From Erysipelotrichales bacterium (GTDB lineage Bacteria; Bacillota_I; Bacilli_A; JAJDGJ01), in the NCBI GenBank assembly GCA_036640095.1, contig JAVWHL010000001.1, positions 4,504 through 68,503 on the forward strand: a stretch of DNA of 64,000 bases. Direction: 5' to 3'. Made by a program: the position numbers and the translations under genes. Under the pieces are notes generated by a model that saw nothing but the letters and a program-made list of their open reading frames with translations, searched no databases and was not told the origin of the DNA. Below are positions 56,814 to 64,000 of this stretch, one piece after another; within the stretch, counting starts at the first letter, position 1, and every line of letters starts with the position of its first letter.

Positions 56814-57662
56814 TTAATCTTTATGATGAACTAATGGAGTTCCTTCACTGATAGCTTCAAACACATATCCCTTGCTCTGATAGAAATCTATTACATCTTG
56901 TACAGCTTTTGCAGTATTTTTATGACCTACCCCATCATGCATTAATAAATTGATACTATTTAAGTTTATACATTGTGAACTGTTTTTCACAATGTTTTTT
57001 ACAGATATCTTTGATCCTGATGCATCAGTACTATCACAATTCCAATCATAGTATTCTAGCCCAGCATCTCTTGTAGAACGTTTTATTTCATTAAATACTT
57101 TATTGCTTACAATTGTATTACTACTACCTCCCGGAAATCTAAATATATCAGATTTTACTCCAGTAAGCTTGTATACTTTATTTCTTAACTTATTAATGTC
57201 TTTCATAAATGCTTTATTGTTTTTATAAATTTTTTCATAATCATGTGAATATGAATGTAAACCAATTTTATGTCCTTGCGCAACTATATCCTTATATATT
57301 TGATCTTCTGGTGTGTTAATAACAAAGAATGTAGCTTTTACATTATTTTTCTTTAGCGTTGCTAGAACTTCAAGTGTATTTTCAGAAGGACCATCATCAA
57401 ATGTTAGGTTGATTATTTTCTTTTTCTTATTGTCATTTCTAATCATTCTTTTTTTTTCTATTTCTTTATACTTTTTATCTAAATCGATATATTTCTTATC
57501 TAAGTCTTTATATTGTTTTTCGATTGTAGAATATTTCTGTTCTAGTTCATTACGATGTGATCTTCCTATAGCTATAACCGTAAAACATATAATAATAATT
57601 ATAATTAAGAAGGTACTTACAACCATGAGTAGTCTTTTATACATTAATTCTTTATTCCTCAA
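56814..57662 (-). CDS. Polysaccharide (peptidoglycan GlcNAc-type) deacetylase, NodB homology domain, membrane-anchored
   Basis: N-terminal TM, K-rich coiled region, NodB motifs TFDDGP, H.YSH and R.PGG. Confidence 0.85.
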   Translation of the reverse strand: MRNKELMYKRLLMVVSTFLIIIIIICFTVIAIGRSHRNELEQKYSTIEKQYKDLDKKYIDLDKKYKEIEKKRMIRNDNKKKKIINLTFDDGPSENTLEVLATLKKNNVKATFFVINTPEDQIYKDIVAQGHKIGLHSYSHDYEKIYKNNKAFMKDINKLRNKVYKLTGVKSDIFRFPGGSSNTIVSNKVFNEIKRSTRDAGLEYYDWNCDSTDASGSKISVKNIVKNSSQCINLNSINLLMHDGVGHKNTAKAVQDVIDFYQSKGYVFEAISEGTPLVHHKD

Positions 57663-57895
57663 TTAGTTCACCTCTCTTACTTTTAATTAGCACGAATATA
57701 CTTTAAGTATATCATAGAATAAATAATATAAATAAGACAAATATGTATATATTGATGTATATTTATTGTCCATAAAATTTATATACAGTGACTATCATTT
57801 ATTAAATTAATATAATAATAAATAATAATTACAAATAAAAAATACATTTAATTCATTTCATAGTGTATAATTATATGGTGGAGGTTGAGAGGATA

Positions 57896-58519
57896 ATGCC
57901 AATAATAGATTTTATTATTCATATAGATGAATATTTAGTTCAAATAGTAGATAGTTTTGGACCATTTACTTATGTAATACTGTTCTTAATTATATTTTGT
58001 GAAACTGGTTTAGTTGTAACACCATTTTTACCAGGTGATTCACTTTTATTTATGACAGGTGCTCTTTGTGCAGTAGGTAGTCTTAACATTGTGATTGCGT
58101 GGATTATTTTATTTAGTGCAGCAATTATAGGTGATGCAACCAATTATACAATTGGAAAGTATCTTGGTCATAAACTCATTAAAAAAGGGTGGGTAAAGCA
58201 AGCCAATATAGATAAAACGCAAGCATTCTTTACAAGACATGGTGCAAAAACAATTGTACTTGCACGTTTTGTGCCAATTGTTAGAACATTAGCACCTTTC
58301 TTAGCAGGATCAGGTGATATGACATATCGTCGATTCTTTCATTACAATGTGATTGGTGGATTTCTTTGGGTAACTATCTTTGTTCTAGGTGGATACTTCT
58401 TTGGTAATATTCCAATTGTAAAAGATAATTTAACTTTATTAGTAATTGGAATAATTGTAATCTCAGTCTTACCAATGGTAATCGCAAAGATTATATCAAT
58501 GAGAAAGAAATCATCTTAA
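57896..58519 (+). CDS. DedA-family membrane protein
   Basis: FLPGDSLLF and ARF.P..R motifs. I trimmed the start to the ATG at 57896 after GGTGGAGG..GAGAGGA. Confidence 0.85.
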   Translation: MPIIDFIIHIDEYLVQIVDSFGPFTYVILFLIIFCETGLVVTPFLPGDSLLFMTGALCAVGSLNIVIAWIILFSAAIIGDATNYTIGKYLGHKLIKKGWVKQANIDKTQAFFTRHGAKTIVLARFVPIVRTLAPFLAGSGDMTYRRFFHYNVIGGFLWVTIFVLGGYFFGNIPIVKDNLTLLVIGIIVISVLPMVIAKIISMRKKSS

Positions 58520-58545
58520 AACTACTTTTTAGTAGTTTTTTTATT
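58517..58545 (+). terminator. Intrinsic terminator after dedA
   Basis: AAAACTACT-TTTT-AGTAGTTTT followed by a T-run. Confidence 0.65.
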
Positions 58546-59052
58546 TCTAAAAAAATATTTATTATTGATTTATATTCTAATATTTTTTGATTTTACTCTA
58601 AGCAATAGTGATACTATAATTAATTAATATATATTTACCTATAAATATATGATAAAAACATTAATATAAACCATTATTAGATTGTAAGCAATCTAAAGCT
58701 AAAAATTTGATATTATTTTTATTTATAGCTTGATTTGTTAATGAGTTAAAAAGCATTAAAAAAAGCATTTAAGGGCATTTACTAGATGACCTAAGTATGT
58801 TAACATACAAGTAAGGAAGGTATACTATTTCATCAAAATGTATACAGATATTCCATATACTTTTGAATTAATAATTAATAGGTTACAACTAATTATATAA
58901 ATTAATATTATAATTAGAAATATTGAGGGTTATCAATGAATAGAGAAGGAATTAAAGTATTAGAAAGTATAGCTTTAAAAAACATATTATATATGTAAAA
59001 ATTTAGAGAAAGTATTTATAATAACTATTATAAATATCAGGAGGTAAAAGGA

Positions 59053-59841
59053 ATGAAAAAATTACTTAGTTTAATTCTACCATTATTTTTGATTGTAGCA
59101 TGTGGAAGTGGAAAGTATAATGCTAACAAGCTTATGAATTACACTGATATTAATGAAATGTTTAATACTCCTAAAAAGTATAACGGAAAATCATTACAAA
59201 TTTCAGGTAAAATATTTGAAGAGCCTAAAGTAGATAAAGATCAAGTTACTCTTAAAGTATGGCGCGACTTTGAAGGTGCTAACCAATTATTCATCGTAAA
59301 GGGAACAACAAAAGATGTTCTTGCTAAAGATGATTATATTAAGCTAGAAGGTGTTGTTTCAGGAGAATTAAAGGATAAAAATAAAGTTGGAGGTGAAATA
59401 CTACTTCCTCAAATAGATGCTGTTAAAATTGAAAAAGCAACGTATATTGATGCTGTAGCACCTACAATTAAAGAATATGAAGTTAATAAGACAATTACAC
59501 AACATAAGATAAGTCAAACTATAGAAAAAATTGAGTTTGCTGAAAAAGAAACAAGAGTATATTTTAAAATAGTTAATAACTCTAAAGAAAAATTTAATTT
59601 CTATACTTACCATACTAAAGCAATAATTGATGGTAAACCATATGGTGTTGTGGATAATATCTATAATGAATATGAAAAAATCAATTCTGAATTATTACCT
59701 AATGCAACTACAACTGGAGTTGTTGTTCTAAATCCAATTCAAGATTATGATGGTAAAAATATTAGAATAACTACTGAAGGTTATTCATATGATTACAACC
59801 TTCACTTTAAAGCTAACACATTTAACATTATCCTGAAGTAA
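59053..59841 (+). CDS. Hypothetical lipoprotein (C-terminal DUF4352-like beta-sandwich suspected)
   Basis: Signal peptide with lipobox LIVAC, and GGAGG 7 nt before the ATG. The C-terminal TRVYFKIVNNSKEKF...TTTGVVVLNP pattern resembles DUF4352. Confidence 0.6.
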   Translation: MKKLLSLILPLFLIVACGSGKYNANKLMNYTDINEMFNTPKKYNGKSLQISGKIFEEPKVDKDQVTLKVWRDFEGANQLFIVKGTTKDVLAKDDYIKLEGVVSGELKDKNKVGGEILLPQIDAVKIEKATYIDAVAPTIKEYEVNKTITQHKISQTIEKIEFAEKETRVYFKIVNNSKEKFNFYTYHTKAIIDGKPYGVVDNIYNEYEKINSELLPNATTTGVVVLNPIQDYDGKNIRITTEGYSYDYNLHFKANTFNIILK

Positions 59842-59847
59842 AAATAA

Positions 59848-59880
59848 AATCCCTTACTCAATGAGTAAAGGATTTTTTAT
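59848..59880. terminator. Bidirectional terminator between convergent genes
   Basis: AAATCCCTTACTCA/TGAGTAAAGGATTT inverted repeat, flanked by an A-run and a T-run. Confidence 0.65.
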
Positions 59881-59886
59881 TTAGTT

Positions 59887-60231
59887 TTATACAAGCATTA
59901 ACTTATTTAAGTTATTTTCTCTAGTTCTTTTTTGAATACTAAACCAATCAATAATAGTTAAGACTCCACATAATCCAAAAGTTAAAAGTTTTAATATACC
60001 CATACCAATATCACCAAGCATAAATCTATCTACACCTAATGATCCAACTAAAACTGAAATAACTAACATCATAGTAGGGTCCTTAAAATCAATTGAAGCA
60101 GCAAGCATGAACTGATCTTCATTCATACCCATTAATTTTTCTTTAATATAAGGTATTTTTGCTTGTTCAAAATATTTTGCATTATTAATTAAATATAACT
60201 TTACATCTTCTTCTCTTCTATTTTCATTCAT
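59887..60231 (-). CDS. TM2-domain membrane protein
   Basis: GSLGVDRFMLGD.GMGILKLLT.G..G....IDW matches the TM2 domain signature. Confidence 0.75.
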   Translation of the reverse strand: MNENRREEDVKLYLINNAKYFEQAKIPYIKEKLMGMNEDQFMLAASIDFKDPTMMLVISVLVGSLGVDRFMLGDIGMGILKLLTFGLCGVLTIIDWFSIQKRTRENNLNKLMLV

Positions 60232-60265
60232 ATTAATCTCTCCTTTAATAAATATATTATATCAT

Positions 60266-60619
60266 TTAAGGAATATAAAATAAACCCAATCTAAACAAAT
60301 AGACTATAAAGTAGGCAATAGTTAATAAAAATAAAAGAATAAAATGTCTTTTATGATTTATATAGTCAACTAATAGATATAAATAGAATGGAAATATTAT
60401 AAACAGTGGATGGTAATAAAATGCTTGACTAATATCAAGATTTAGTAGTGAATACATTGCTCTAGACATTCCACAAAATGGATCTGGTATTCCTGTTATA
60501 TAGCGAAATGGACACCCTATATTTATTATATTAAGAAATAATGCGATAAGTCCAAAAACAACAATTAGAAAAATATTTTTTAATATACTATTTAATGTGA
60601 TATTTCTAGTTTTTAACAC
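60266..60619 (-). CDS. DUF2752-family membrane protein
   Basis: The motif CPFRYITGIPDPFCGMSRA is the hallmark of DUF2752. Confidence 0.7.
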   Translation of the reverse strand: MLKTRNITLNSILKNIFLIVVFGLIALFLNIINIGCPFRYITGIPDPFCGMSRAMYSLLNLDISQAFYYHPLFIIFPFYLYLLVDYINHKRHFILLFLLTIAYFIVYLFRLGLFYIP

Positions 60620-60835
60620 TTATTTCACTTCTTTCTTATTACATTTAAATTGATTTATTGAAAACTTTTTAAATAGTTGTTCCAATTAATAAAACAATGT
60701 TTAATACTATAAATACTGTAGTTAAGATATGAAGTAATGTACACTCCACATTAAACATTGTGCCTACTACTAGACCAGATAACATGAATGCTATAATACT
60801 ACCCCAGACATTTCCTCAATTTTTTTCATTTTTTA

Positions 60836-62242
60836 TTATTCCTCATTTTCCAATTGTTCAAACATTGCTTTCATTGTTGGATTATTCTTAGTCAACTTTT
60901 TAACGCTCAATCGTTCAGCTTTATCATTTGCTAATCGATAATTTCGATCAGATGATACAAGTGATTCTTTTGTTTTTTCTAATTGTTTTATTGTTTTATC
61001 AATGCCATCAATAGCTTCACTAAATTTTCTGTGAGCCAACTCATAGTTTTTGCCAAAGTTTTTTTGAAACTCCGAAAGATCTTCTTCAAAGTTTGTTATA
61101 TCAATAGATTGTTGTTTCATTAATTCTATTTCATTTTTGTATGTTAGACTTTTCATTGCAGCATTTCTTAGTAAAGTGATAATAGGAATAAAGAATTGCG
61201 GTCTAATGACATACATCTTGTCATATTCATAAGATACATCTACAATACCATTATTATAAAACTCATTATCTTGCTCCAAAAGTGAAACTAAAACAGCGTA
61301 TTCACATTCCTTTTTATTTCTATCACTATCTAATTTCTTAAAGAAACTTTGATTAGTTTTTTTGTTTTCAGATTCATCACTTTCATTTTTCATTTCAAAC
61401 ATTATAGAAATAATTTCAATTCCATTTTGATCATATTCTCTATAGATATAATCACCTTTAGTACCTGAAGAAGCATCATTATCCTTACCAAATGTTGCAT
61501 TTGGAAAGGCGCTCATTCTAATAGAATTAAAAGAGTTTTCGCAATGTTGTTCAAGACTTTCTCCTAGTAATTTAATATTTTGTTTTGCTTTAAGTTCTTT
61601 ATATCTATTAATCTCTTCATCTTTCCTTGCTATTGCAAATTTATGATTGTCCTCAAGCGATTTTAATTCAAGTTCTTTTTCTTTTGCCTCTAATTCAATC
61701 TTGCTTTTAACATTACTTATTTCCTTGTCTTTATTGAATAGTTGTTCACTTAGCTTAGATTCAATACTTTTTATTGCTAATTCTTTTTCATTACTAAAAG
61801 CATTAATTTTATTATTTAAGTTTTGAATTTCCGCATCCTTATTACTCAATGCGTTTTCCATTTCTAAAGACTTTTGTTTTACCAATGATTTATTCATTGA
61901 ATCTAGTTCACTTATTTTACTTGAAAGAGCAATAATTTCTTCTTTCATATCACGTTCTACTTTATTAATTTCTAATTCTTTGTTTTTATCCGATGAAGAA
62001 ATCTTATGATTTAGTTCGTTAATCTCATTTTCTTTTAATACAATTTTTTTATTATATTCACTTTCTAATTGTACTTTAAATAATTCTTGTTCTGATTTTT
62101 GTTGCGCTATTATATTATCTATTCTATTTTGAAGCTCTACATCAAATTCTTTAGTTTTTACTTGTGATAAGATATCAGCATACTGATCTTCATCAATAGT
62201 AAATTTTGTATGACAATTTGGACATTTTATTTGATTCATCAT
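60836..62242 (-). CDS. DUF2130-like protein: N-terminal zinc ribbon, ~200-aa coiled coil, C-terminal PD-(D/E)xK-like module
   Basis: [14 protein letters not shown] at the N-terminus, a heptad-rich K/E/L region, then GTKGDYIY...[11 protein letters not shown] (D...E.K pattern). Confidence 0.6.
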   Translation of the reverse strand: MMNQIKCPNCHTKFTIDEDQYADILSQVKTKEFDVELQNRIDNIIAQQKSEQELFKVQLESEYNKKIVLKENEINELNHKISSSDKNKELEINKVERDMKEEIIALSSKISELDSMNKSLVKQKSLEMENALSNKDAEIQNLNNKINAFSNEKELAIKSIESKLSEQLFNKDKEISNVKSKIELEAKEKELELKSLEDNHKFAIARKDEEINRYKELKAKQNIKLLGESLEQHCENSFNSIRMSAFPNATFGKDNDASSGTKGDYIYREYDQNGIEIISIMFEMKNESDESENKKTNQSFFKKLDSDRNKKECEYAVLVSLLEQDNEFYNNGIVDVSYEYDKMYVIRPQFFIPIITLLRNAAMKSLTYKNEIELMKQQSIDITNFEEDLSEFQKNFGKNYELAHRKFSEAIDGIDKTIKQLEKTKESLVSSDRNYRLANDKAERLSVKKLTKNNPTMKAMFEQLENEE

Positions 62243-62398
62243 TACACTCCTTTATCTTAATTACTTGCATTTATTATATCATAATAGCTATAACATATTC
62301 CTATAAATATACAAAAAGCTCAATTTGCTTGAGCCTTCATCTTATCTATAATTTTTATAAACTTATCTAATATTCCTAATATTTAAATTTCCCTATTA

Positions 62399-63223
62399 TT
62401 AATTTTGATTTATAAAATTATTCAATAACCAATCATCTTCAGGTTTATTTACTAGTCGTGCGCAATTATAAGCCATACCAACTGACAATATTGTATTACC
62501 TCTGTACTGATTATTAATTTTTTCTAATGCTATAACTATAGTTTTTGATTCGAAAACCTTAACTGGAATTAAAAACATTATTTTATTATTGTAAAATTGT
62601 GGAACTGGTATTCTATTATTTCTTTGTATCTTTTTCTTAGTATGTCTTAGAAAACCTTCAAACACATAACCTGCTACTTCAGCCTCCATTATTTGAAATT
62701 CCATCGGCAATCGTTGAAAATTATCTTTATATATATGGTTAAAATCTATTACTATCTCGCATGCCGGATCAAAATACAACTCATTGTAATTAGAAAAGTA
62801 TGTTGCGATTTCTGGTTTTTTACTGCACTCATTCATAAATATCTTACCCGATTCTATTAAAAATTCTTTGAAATACCAATAATTGCTAGAATTATCTTTT
62901 TCATTATAATATTTATTTCTTTCAAATTTTCCTAATATTTCATCACCCTTGGCAGTCATCAAACCAGTATTAAAGAAAGAACAAGATCCATCTTTACTGA
63001 TAAACAGTTTATCTTGATCATAACATCTTTCAAAAGTATGAACTATATAATAAAATATAGTAGAATTTTCTTTACCAGTATGAATATCAGTTTGATTCCA
63101 TCTTTCTTCTTCAGCTAAGTTAATTAAATAATTCAGTTTTTTATCAAATTGTACTTGTCCTCCCAAATTAGCATACCTTTTAATTTTAGGTAACTCTTCT
63201 TTTTTATTTAAGTATTTATTCAT
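62399..63223 (-). CDS. Hypothetical protein, DUF3825-like
   Basis: FFNTGLMT, NYWYFKEF, VPQFYNNKIMFLIPV and MAYNCARLVNKPEDDWL resemble conserved blocks I recall for DUF3825. This is from memory only. Confidence 0.45.
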   Translation of the reverse strand: MNKYLNKKEELPKIKRYANLGGQVQFDKKLNYLINLAEEERWNQTDIHTGKENSTIFYYIVHTFERCYDQDKLFISKDGSCSFFNTGLMTAKGDEILGKFERNKYYNEKDNSSNYWYFKEFLIESGKIFMNECSKKPEIATYFSNYNELYFDPACEIVIDFNHIYKDNFQRLPMEFQIMEAEVAGYVFEGFLRHTKKKIQRNNRIPVPQFYNNKIMFLIPVKVFESKTIVIALEKINNQYRGNTILSVGMAYNCARLVNKPEDDWLLNNFINQN

Positions 63224-63422
63224 TTTAATTCCCCCCTATTTTAGATTATAGTAGGCAATAATATTTAATGCAATCATGTCTTTTATGATTTGTAATATAA
63301 CATCTCATTAAACTTACTTAAAAATTATCTATCTGTATTTTAATATAGCTAGAATATATTATTTGTAACATTAAATAAAAATTGTATCTTAACGATACAA
63401 TTCTTATTATTAATATATGTAT

Positions 63423-64000
63423 TTATTTATTATTTTTATATTCTTGATAATATTCTCTTAAAGTTGCTATTATCTGTTTCCCAATCAAATTATAGTCCTC
63501 ACTAGGAAGGTTAGCTTGTGATACCCTTAAATTACCATTGGCAGAACCAAAGCCTACACCATCCATTAAGACTACACCATTACGGTCAGCTAAATTAAGT
63601 AAGAAATCAACTTGATCAAAGTTTTCTTCAAGATAATCTCTAAAATCTTTACCATATCTATTTTGTGCAATAGTAAAGATATTTAACAATGAATAATACT
63701 TAGCATTCTCTTCACTATTATCTACATCTATTTTCATTGCTTTATGTAAATCTTTATATCTGGTATCTACTATACTTTTACTAGCCTTAAAATATAAATC
63801 TTCACTATCTCTATATATTAAATGAGTTAATGAGAATAACACTTCCATTATCTGCTGTGGAGTTGATAACCCCGAAGTATGATATAAACCAACTGATCTA
63901 CTATCTGCAACTATTCTATCCATAAAAGTAAGTTGTTTAGGATTATGAGTTACAATATTATATCTAGTATCAAGCTCTTTCTTATCATCATTACTAAGTT
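63423..64000 (-). CDS. PLP-dependent aminotransferase-fold protein, aspartate 4-decarboxylase-like, C-terminal part (5' end beyond the window)
   Basis: The frame stays open to position 64000 (..LSNDDKKELDTRYNIVTHNPKQLTFMDRIVADSRSV..). YHTSGLSTPQQ and GVVLMDGVGFG...LRVSQANL..EDY..IG resemble AsdA/AspD C-termini. Confidence 0.5.
   Translation of the reverse strand, partial: LSNDDKKELDTRYNIVTHNPKQLTFMDRIVADSRSVGLYHTSGLSTPQQIMEVLFSLTHLIYRDSEDLYFKASKSIVDTRYKDLHKAMKIDVDNSEENAKYYSLLNIFTIAQNRYGKDFRDYLEENFDQVDFLLNLADRNGVVLMDGVGFGSANGNLRVSQANLPSEDYNLIGKQIIATLREYYQEYKNNK

Noticed and set aside
57400-57560. Direct DNA repeats in the 5' part of the deacetylase gene (encoding KQYKDLDKKYIDLDKKYKEIEKK)
   Set aside because: This is a short, imperfect in-frame duplication within a lysine-rich coiled linker. 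It has no features of a regulatory or mobile repeat.
58546-59052. 507-bp AT-rich gap upstream of the lipoprotein gene, including a 20-codon ORF (MNREGIKVLESIALKNILYM) with a GAGGG RBS
   Set aside because: I could see no structure, repeat or conserved motif. It is most simply a long promoter and UTR region.
1596-59613. Many ORFs in the six-frame track lie antisense to, or nested in, the genes called above:
- 1596..1976
- 3025..3210
- 6634..6825
- 8411..8704
- 9101..9391
- 9910..10101
- 11349..11564
- 14355..14555
- 14624..14854
- 15627..15818
- 17931..18140
- 18649..19155
- 22077..22334
- 23199..23399
- 27431..27658
- 27598..27816
- 28870..29079
- 31945..32160
- 33007..33213
- 35445..35711
- 40353..40553
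- 41221..41448
- 41893..42090
- 44475..44660
- 44665..44898
- 45812..46045
- 46974..47171
- 47664..47882
- 48858..49040
- 49980..50219
- 54289..54741
- 54896..55126
- 55912..56097
- 57313..57666
- 59401..59613
   Set aside because: - Each is fully overlapped by a longer ORF with clear family motifs.
- Their translations are low-complexity (F/L/I/S-rich), as expected for the reverse complement of AT-rich coding DNA.
- None has a convincing RBS.
60669-60785. 38-codon hydrophobic ORF (MLSGLVVGTMFNVECTLLHILTTVFIVLNIVLLIGTTI) between the DUF2130 and DUF2752 genes; possible small membrane peptide or type I toxin
   Set aside because: - It has no clear Shine-Dalgarno.
- An upstream ATG with a weak RBS is out of frame and stops after 12 codons.
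- Hydrophobic short ORFs arise easily in AT-rich DNA.
- It is kept only as a note pending Ribo-seq or conservation data.
1-64000. CRISPR arrays, rRNA or tRNA genes, prophage or integrative element borders
   Set aside because: - I found no regularly spaced direct repeats.
- No intergenic segment is long or GC-rich enough for rRNA or tRNA.
- There are no integrase, recombinase or phage structural genes. The only mobile trace is the 65-aa IS3 fragment.
1-64000. Mollicute-type genetic code (TGA = Trp), suggested by the extreme AT content
   Set aside because: - TGA terminates well-conserved genes at their expected lengths (ung, the aspartokinase catalytic ORF).
- Trp is encoded by TGG in conserved positions.
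- Sortase-type wall anchors and a peptidoglycan deacetylase indicate a walled Bacillota organism.

Overview
This is a very AT-rich chromosome segment of Bacillota type (about 28-30% GC by eye, not computed). It uses the standard code: TGA serves as a stop and TGG encodes Trp, so it is not a code-4 mollicute. I call about 62 protein genes, all but six on the minus strand. I saw no rRNA, tRNA or CRISPR array, and the only mobile-element trace is one short IS3 transposase remnant.

- **1-24 kb, housekeeping backbone:** rplK (partial), nusG, secE, rpmG, csp, a SigH-like sigma factor, rlmB, mrnC, cysS with a T-box leader, a ybaK-like gene, an SDR, pta, folC, ung, rlmH, an MBL hydrolase, the replicative helicase, rplI, gdpP, rpsR-ssb-rpsF, dnaI and a DnaB/DnaD-type loader.
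- **24-46 kb, most unusual part:**
  - A threonine-pathway operon with a Thr/Ile-rich leader peptide plus terminator, a split aspartokinase and a fused ThrC-ThrB.
  - A hydantoinase-like/DUF917/NCS1-permease cluster of unknown substrate.
  - A self-contained two-gene nitrogenase-like operon in which the NifH-type ATPase is fused to the NifD/E-type subunit. I consider this the best candidate for an undescribed system.
- **47-57 kb, cell-surface island:** an LRR protein, a 1000-aa repeat protein and a Pmp-like beta-helix protein. All three end in non-canonical sorting signals ([I][PSA]K[TA]G).
- **Right end:** small membrane proteins, a DUF2130 protein with a PD-(D/E)xK-like motif, a DUF3825-like protein and a truncated aspartate-4-decarboxylase-like gene.

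All functional calls rest on motif recognition by eye from the supplied translations and my own reverse-strand translations. No database search was run.
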